From a virus (lineage: Duplodnaviria; Heunggongvirae; Uroviricota; Caudoviricetes): a stretch of 53,370 nucleotides of DNA. Shown piece by piece: positions 44,755 through 53,370 of the stretch; position 1 is the stretch's first letter; every line of letters begins with the position of its first letter. The notes beneath the pieces are model-generated. The model saw only the letters and a list, made by a program, of their open reading frames with translations, did no database searches and was not told the origin of the DNA. The stretch lies in the IMG/VR virus record IMGVR_UViG_3300029906_000160, one strand, 5' to 3'. Both the position numbers and the translations under genes were made by a program.

Positions 44755-47700
44755 TGGAAAGAAAAAATGACTGAATTGCAGCGTTAATTAATCGACCAGA
44801 CTTTACAATGGTTGATATGTACGCTAATGATATTAAACCTGAAAATACAGGATTACAAGATAAAGATTATTACAAAGAAATTCCCCAAGTAAGGGAGAAA
44901 TTTACAACTGATAACGGTCAGTTTGATGAACAAGCATACGGAGAATTTTATGATAGTGCTCTTCGTATGTATAACGCATATACAGATGGGGATTTTCTTG
45001 ATAAAATGCTTAATAACATTGAACGATCTCCATTTGATTGAACTAAAATTGATAATCCACATGTACAAGACGTTAGCGCTGTAATTTCTGCATCGCACGA
45101 TCCATATAGACATTCAATGGGTCTTCGTAATTTTTATGATATTGGAGACCCTCAATTTTCTATAAAAGAAGTTGCACAAGCAAATTTAGTTCGAGATGAA
45201 AATGGAAATACATTAGATTGAACTCCAAACGATAAAGGCGGACTTATCAAGGGTTTATTTAGACCAACGATGTATCTTGCTCAATATGATGAAGATACTA
45301 CCGAAACAGATGAATTTGGAAACACAATTGTTCATAAAGCTGGGGATTATAAATTTGACCCAAATGGAAATCCATATTATCAAATATTAGGAAAAGAAGA
45401 TCCTTACGGAAAACAAATTCTTAATTATTCTGATACTTTTACAATTGAAGGAACTAAGCTTAATAAATTTGATCCTTTTGATTCAGATGGAATAAATAAA
45501 ACAATTGGAAGTACTTTAGCTAAAACTACTCTTAAATTAGCTCCATTTTTATTTGGACCTACGGTTGGTGCTGTAGCAGGAACTGCATATGCTTTATTTG
45601 GATTAGCTTCTGTATTACCAGTTTTAGGTAAAATGATCAATGGAGTTGTATCTAGCAACGATACTGATTTTGGGAGAGGATTAACTAAATGGGAAAGTTA
45701 TATGGAAAGATTTGCTCCAGCTAAAAGTGAATCTGGATCAAATTCTTTCTGAAATTTCGAAAATTTAGCAGATATTATTGCTACTTCTGCATCTCAATTA
45801 TATAGTCAAAGACAAATAGCCAATATACCTAAATGACTTTCTAAAGGTAAAGAAACAATGCGTAATTCTAAGATCGGACAGCAAATAGCTTTAGGTTATA
45901 TGGCAACTACTTCGGCTCAAGATGTATATAGTTCTTATATAGAAGCTGGTGCAAACGAAGAACTAGCTGGTATTGCATCTCTTGCTACAATGGGAGCATT
46001 TTATGGATTAATGAGTCAAGATTATTGGAAATCTCATATGTTTGGAGGTTCTTGACTTGATGAAAACGCAACAATGTATCGTAGAACAATGCAAGAATGA
46101 AGTAAAGAACAAGCAGCTAAGTTAAATGCATTGAATCCTAATCCAGCTCCAGCTAAATGATATAAGTCTGTCTATGATAAAGTAACTGATTTCTTAAAGA
46201 ATAATAAAACTTTAAATTCAGCTAAATCTAAAGCAGCATCTTTAGTCAAGAAATCTGGAGAAACAACAGAACAAGCTACTACACAAGCAGCTAAACAAGC
46301 TAATAAATCATTCTTATCTTCAGCTTCTGATTATCTTCGTACTGGACTTAATGAAGGTATAGAAGAAACTATGGAAGAGGCAACAATAGACTTAATTAAA
46401 GGATTATCATTAGGTCTAGAAGCTTTAGGTGTTGATGTAACTAAAGATGAAGGTAAACTTGATTTTGGATTTTCTGCTCAAGATTTCTTATCTAGATATA
46501 CTTCTGCATTTGTAGGAGGTACGATTGGAGGTATGGTGTTTGAGGGTCTTAATAAAAGAGATAGAAGATTTGGCCCTCAAACAGTATCTTTATTAGATAA
46601 AGATTTAAAAGAACGTCTTATTTGATTAGAATTAAATGGTTATGGAGATAAAATGAAGCAATGAGTTGAAAGAGAATATCGTAAAGGTAATCTTGGAAAC
46701 GAAAACCTATCTTCAGAAAAAGTAGACCAAACCTTAAAGAATTCTCCATTTAAACCAGGAACTAAAGAAGACAATCAAAACTTATTAATGCGTAATGTTC
46801 TTATACAAACACTCGATCAGATAGAATATGATATTAATAATTTTGCTGGAACTTTAGTTTATTCTGATTTATATAAAACTGCCGTCGAAGAAAGCAAAAA
46901 GAAAGCTAAAGAATTAGGATTATCTCTTGAAGAATATGCGCAGAAGGAAAAAATAAGTCCGTTAGTTAATACTCTTTTAGGTATGGGAGTAACAGATAAT
47001 ATAATGGACGATTTTGTTGATATTACTGAACGTATTGTTGATTTAAATACTAAGATAGATAAAGCAGAGGCAGAAGAGACTTCTAAAACAATTGATAGTG
47101 ATCCTAATCATAGTACTTCTAATCAATATATTAGAAACTTAATTAAGCAAAGAAATGATTTAGTCAAACAAGCAGAAGATATTAAAAAAGGTAAAAATTT
47201 AGATCAATATCTCGAACAAGTATTTTTTGCTGTTAGTCCAGAATTAGCTAATTTTTATATAAATCCAAAATTTGGAGATGAATCTAATCCAGAAACTAGT
47301 TATATACATACTAATGTAGAAGCTTATACTAAATGGAGATATAATTTAGATTATAATTCTTTATCTGATACTATACAAAAGCAAATAAACGATGAATTTA
47401 AAGAATTTAAAGAATCTAATGATAGAGTAGAAAAAATTAGATTAGCGCAAAGAATTCATTCTACAGCATCTCAACAATTTAAACCTGTTTTAGAATCTTT
47501 AAATACTGAACTTAAAGGATATAAGAAGAACCCATTTTTTGGAGCTGTTACATTTGGAGAATTTGCTCAATCTGGAATAGATGATATTCTAAAAAATAAT
47601 AAAATAATTAAAAGTAAGTTAAGTAAAATAGAGATAGAAAATCCAGACTATTTAACTGATCCAGATTGAACTGCTTTAAATGCAGAATTACAAGAAAATG

Positions 47701-50700
47701 ATGTAAGATTAACTAAATATAATATTTTAATTAATAGTTCTTTATCTAGACTTAGACTAGATTCTATTAATCCTGAGTCTTTAAATTCTGAAGAATTACA
47801 AGATTTTACAATTCTTAAAGACATAGAACAATTATCTGATGATCTTTCTAGAAGAGAAGTTATTACTTCAGAAAGTGGAGAACAAACTAAAATTGATTAT
47901 ACACCAACAGATCAAGAAAAATTAGCATTATTAGGTACTGTTAAAAATTATTATCAGTATTTAATAGATAATAAAATTGTAAATACTGGAGAAGATCCAT
48001 TAAATGCTGCACTTAACGTTGTATTTAAAAGAAGTTCATTAGGGATACAAAATCTTAAAAACAGCAACACTAATGTTTTGGATAAATATGTTCAAGATCT
48101 TACATTACTTACTCCAGAACAAAAAGAAATTTTATGAACTGTTGATGAAGATAAATCACAAGAAACATTTGAAGAAGAATTAGCTAGTAATCCAGATTAT
48201 TATCCGCAGAATTGAGAGCGTACATTGCTTGAATTAAATTCTGATCAACTTATTAAAGTTTTTGGAAATGATGCATTATTAGCAGAATATGTTTTAACAG
48301 ACGATAAATCTAAATCTAATACTAGATTAGGAAAAATAATACCTGAATTAGAAGCTTTATCTTCAACTCTTCAGAGTAATACTTTTGATTTTAAACGAAA
48401 ACTTGATGAAGTTAAATCTCATCTTCCAGAATTAGGTGTTACAGAAACCCAATTCGATAATTTAGTTCTTGAATATTTATTTGGAGGAAATAAAGAATTA
48501 TATAATGATACAATTGACTTAATAGATACTAGAAATAAATCTAAATATGTTTCTGCATATAATTTAATTAAAAATATAGAACTTCAGATTAATGGACAGA
48601 ATAGTGCATTATGAGATGTATTACAGAGAGAAGAACAAGATTTATATAGTAAAAAATCATTACAGGATTATATAACCGATGATTTTAGTAAAAGTGCATT
48701 TCAATATGGACTTCAAATTGTAAATCTTTTAATTCCTCAAGTATCTGCTGCTGTTAATGGAGGGTTTAATACTCATATAAACGATGAAAAATTAAAATTA
48801 GGTAAGAGTGATTTGTTACCAGTTATTGATGTAGATGCAGCTAGTATTATCTTAGATGAACTAGAACATATTGCATCCAAATTAAGATTTTTATTACATC
48901 TTGTTAATACTAATCAAGATTCACAATGAAGAGAACAACAAGATGCTGGTATTCGCATGAATCCAATGTATATTGACAAACTTCTTACTTATTCAGAACC
49001 TATTAAGAGTCAAACTGATGGAGAAATAGATCTACAAGATATTTGAAAAAAGGTAAATAAAGATACAGTATTAGAATTAAATGATATTACAGATCAAAAT
49101 TATGATACATTTGATAAAGTAAGAACTCAATTTGAATCAGAAGTATTTAAAGTAGTTAATCAAAGCGATACAGTTAAACAATCTTTTAAAAATGCTATTG
49201 CTGAAATATTTGGAAGTGGGTCTTTAGGAATGGGCCATAGTGAATATTCAAAATCTCTTGACCCTAATGACATGACTTCTTGAGATGTTCTTGAATATTT
49301 AGAAAGTATTGCTTTTACTGATACTAATCATTTTCTTAGTTTATATAAAACTGTTATTTCTGCAGACGATAATCAATATGTACCTTTCACTGGACAAGAA
49401 TTCATTATTAGATTAATGTATTCTCATGCAAAAGCTCAAGATGATTATAGAGATGTTTTTAATCAAATTGCAGAAAAATTTAAGGCTAGATCTGAAGTAG
49501 AAAATGATAATTATTTAAAAAATAGATCTATTCTTGATTCATTTTTATTTGTTGATGGTAATTCTGCTGTAGGAAAAAGTTCTGCTATATCATTTACATT
49601 TAGAAAAATACTTGAAGCAGAATTTGGAACAGATGTTCAATTTAGAGGTTTAGCTAGATTTGATAGTAGATATGAAAATCTACAAATTAATCTCCATTTA
49701 AATAAAGATACAGAGATAAAAACCGTAGAAGAACTTGTAAATAATTTATGGCCTAAAGATAATGGAGAATGGGATCTTGATGACGATAGATTTTTTGATA
49801 CAGGAAAAGATGGCAGTATTAAAAGTGAGCATCGTGGAAGAATCAAAAAAGAATTTGTTATAAACAAAGATTCATTCTTTAATGGAGGTAAACTTAAAGT
49901 TTTAGTATTTGATGAAGTTACTTTAGCTAACGAAGGAGAATTACAAGTAATAAATAAATGGGCACAAGAAAATAATATTTTAGTAATTGGTTTAGGTAAT
50001 AAAAAACAGAATGCTTGACAAACTAGAGTTAAAGTATATAATAAAGATGGAACTCCTGCTTTAAATCAAAAAGGAAATCAACTTTATGCTATGAGTAATT
50101 CCAATATAGAGGATTGTTTAGTTGCATCTACTCCAATATTAAAAGCTTCTCTAAGAACACAAAATGAAGGAAAAAGAAGAAATAAAAATTCAATAGAAGC
50201 AGTTGTCACTAAATTATGAAATCAACTTGATGATAATCCAAGTTTATCGCTAGACCAAATTAAATATAATCCTCAAGATTATCCAATAACGTTATTAAAT
50301 TACGAAGATACTATTGAAGGAAAACATCAATATTATGGAGAACATGTCGTATCCGATGATTCAATATTACAAGAATTAAGATCGATAAAAGAAAAAAATC
50401 CAGAAACTACTGTCTTGATTGTAGCAGATGGTGAAAAATTACAATTTTATAATGCATATAAAGATTTAGGATTTATTATTAGAGATGTTGGTTCTGCACA
50501 AGGAGATGAAGCAGATTATGTATTTATTGATCATGATTTTTCAAAAAAGAAAACAATAGAGGATAAACCAAGCGCTCTATTATTCTTTAGAGATTTTTAT
50601 ACAATGATTACTCGTTCTAAACAAGCAACATTTATAAAAATGGAAAATCAAGATATTTTTGGAGAATCACAGTATAATATTAAATTTAGTAAAGACGCTA

Positions 50701-53370
50701 TTGCTAAATCTAAAATATCTAGTGTTATTGATAATAAAGACGTTCTTGATAAATTTAGAGCATGAAGATTGGATTTACTTAAAGATATAGAAACAACTGA
50801 AATTAAACCTATTGAGGAAAAACCTGAAGTAAAGGTAACATCTTCTGAAAAATCTGGAACTGGTTCTGAATCTGAAAGTTCTACTAGAAGTATAGAAATA
50901 ATATTGCCTCCTGAACCAGTTAATGTAACAACGATAGAATCAGATAAAGATCATTGAATTAACGCCGTTAACAATGGATTAATCAATAACGATAATGCTA
51001 GAGATTATAAGAGAAGAAATGAATTAGTAAAATCTGGAACCTTCATCGATATGAATAAATTTATAGATGATATTAATAATACAACAAAATATCTTAAATT
51101 TAATTCATTAAAAAGTATTGATCCAGATTTTGATGATAAAACATATTCTACTTTTATAAGCTATTTATCTTTAGGAATTTCCAGATATTTATATGATAGA
51201 AAAACTAATAAGAATCTTGAGTTTGACACTCGATATTTAGATAGGTATATTCCAAATATAAATTCTACAGTAAGAGAGTCCATATATGATGCAATTAAAC
51301 AAACGGTTAATAATAATGTAGATTTTATTATTAAACAAAACGATGATTATACTTCTACAATATTTATTCCCATTTCTGTAGATAATATGTTTCATGTTTT
51401 ACCTATATTACAAGTTAATCAGCAATTAAACGGATTTATATCTAAAGATTATTTAGTTTTTGATACAGATAGACATGTAAGTTCTATAGCGATAAGTAGT
51501 TCAGGTAATACGTTTATGTTTTTAATAGAAGCTGCTAAAAATAAAGCCTTTGTATTAGATGGAGCCTATCTATTTAAGCCAGATAGAGATTTAAGTTGTG
51601 ATATAAATAATGGATATTTTAAGCGTAATAACTCTGGTACTAGTAATAAGATGATGCTAGATATTCCAGTAGCCCCAGGTAATGATTCTGCAGAAATTAA
51701 TAGTCGTTTTCAAGTTAAATTAAAAGACGGAATAGTAACATCTTTTGTTGATACATCTGATGCAAGATTAATTAGATCAAATGTTAGAGCTAAAGATTTT
51801 AATGTATTCTGAGATTTAGTAAGAGCTAAATTTATTATTGAAAGAAGTTTTGATGAATTAGATGGAATGACTGTAAGTCAAGCAGACGATTTATTATCAA
51901 AACAATATGGAGATGTAATAAATCAATTAAAATTTACTCAATCTATTGATCCATCTGAGAATTGTAAAAATTCTAAAGAAAATGATAAATTAAGAAAAAG
52001 TAGTTATCGTATCTTAAATAATAATTCATTAAATAGTGTAACTTCAGCTCTTTTATATTGGTTTGATATTTATCAAGATAATGATAAAATATTATCTACA
52101 TGAAAACAATTAATAGCGGATTATGCTCAAAGTGATATATCTCAAGAATATGATTCTGGTTATAGGTATCAAAATGCATTATTCTTTGGATTTAGAAATG
52201 CTAATGGAACTTATTCTAGATATTCAATAAGAAGAAAATCTGGAAATAATGATTCTACAATATATGAATTAACTGATGCAGATGCTTCTCATGTATTATT
52301 AGAATTTGAGTACGATAATTTATCTGATTTAAATCCAGAAGAATTTTTTGAATATTTCTTAGAAGTATGTAAAAAAGCAGGGATTACTCCTCAGGGATAT
52401 TCAAAAGATACTGATAATTTAGTTTCATTTGATAAAACTAAATTAAGAGAATATTTACAAAATCGTTCTTTAATATTTGGATTATATAAACGAGGTATAA
52501 AAGACGAGGAATCTAAAAATAATGAATCTAAAGAAAAAATAGATACATATTTCTTACCTTATGATACTGATTTGCTAGAAATATTTAAATATAATGGAGA
52601 ATTTAATGATGAATCTAAAGATTTAATGGATTCGTTTAATAAGTTAGCTTCTTTGTTTAATCCATTTAAATATGGTATTTTCTTAAATGTTGCATCTTCT
52701 ACAGCTATACCATCTTCTGATCCAGCGATTGCTTCTGCATGATCTATAATAAATACTAACAATAACGATAAATTTGTTACAGATATAGTAGATGTAATTG
52801 CTCCTTTATATGGAATTAATATTAATATTGGTGGAATATCTCAAGTTTCTAATCAGACAGAAGCTGATTTATGAGCATTAGTTAGTGGAGAAAAAATAAA
52901 AATATCTCAAGAAACAAAATCAGACGAAACTCAAATTGGAGAAGATCTAAAATACAATACAGTAACATCTATATTTACAGATTTAGAAGGAAAATCTTGA
53001 TCTTATTTAGGTAGAGCAAATAAGGGTGATCATTGAGAATATTATTTATCTGATGATTATGGATTAGTAAGAACAGTTAGTGTAAACAATGAAAATAATT
53101 CTAAAATTGAAAATTCTTTAAATAAAGCTTATTCTAGACAGAATCTAATTGGATATACAGAAAATGAAGAATTTTCTAATGGAGTTATATATGAGGAAGA
53201 AGGTAAATATTATTATTATGAAACTAACAAAAATTATATTATTGAGCCAGGAATATCTGGAGTTGAGGTTGAACAAGTAACTAAAAACGGAATAACCATA
53301 TTTCAATCTAAAAATGGAACAGAATTTAATAATATAAAAGTTGTAGTTCCATTTAATGATGATTTTCAAG
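44754..53370 (+). CDS. Giant virion protein, 3' partial (>2870 aa), with TM segments and an SF1-helicase-like domain
   Basis: MERKNDWIAALINRPDF start; eleven track ORFs in the same frame, open to the window end. GNSAVGKS, VFDE, SAQGDE and YTMITRSK motifs. By position likely part of the virion RNA polymerase gene cluster. Confidence 0.75.

Noticed and set aside
2372-53369. Minus-strand ORFs in the track (e.g. 3274, 7151, 8744, 8841, 37384, 39813, 45425, 49637, 53145)
   Set aside because: All are short shadows of long plus-strand genes or introns, without recognisable motifs or expression signals.
1-53370. Mass pseudogenisation suggested by the fragmented ORF track
   Set aside because: Fragments stay in one frame, breaks are TGA, and TGA sits at Trp-expected positions.
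1-53370. Mycoplasma/SR1-type code-4 cellular DNA
   Set aside because: Content is phage virion genes with Bacteroidota-type promoters; no cellular housekeeping genes.
44754-53370. Calling the giant ORF the RNA polymerase
   Set aside because: I found no catalytic DxDxD-type motif in the part inside the window; it may lie downstream.
1-53370. Suppressor tRNA-Trp(UCA) or other tRNA
   Set aside because: No cloverleaf with TTCGAAT-type T-loop seen; intergenic gaps are too short or otherwise explained. It needs tRNAscan-SE on the full genome.

Overview
A 53-kb, AT-rich, essentially all plus-strand virion-gene block of a crAss-like (Crassvirales) phage of a Bacteroidota host, judged from TAnnTTTG/TTTG promoters and AT-rich leaders without Shine-Dalgarno sites. 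TGA is read as Trp. The fragmented ORF track collapses into long, tightly packed genes ending only in TAA/TAG once TGA is read through. Gene order: portal (5' partial), tail/fibre genes, small membrane (lysis-like) genes, scaffold-like gene, major capsid protein (MCP), head/neck and tail genes, cargo (ejected) proteins, and a giant >2870-aa virion protein with an SF1-helicase-like domain. The MCP gene (14086-20346) is split into 11 exons by 10 group I introns, three carrying GIY-YIG homing endonucleases; the joined exons give a 475-aa frame. Other highlights: a nearly TGA-free capsid operon with one TGA in the last MCP exon, a ~60% GC module swapped into a tail fibre, a frame break in another fibre gene, a candidate antisense small RNA between divergent host-type promoters, and a recurring F-x-x-G-G motif in cargo proteins. 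All calls come from manual reading. Family names are recognition and position based, not database hits.
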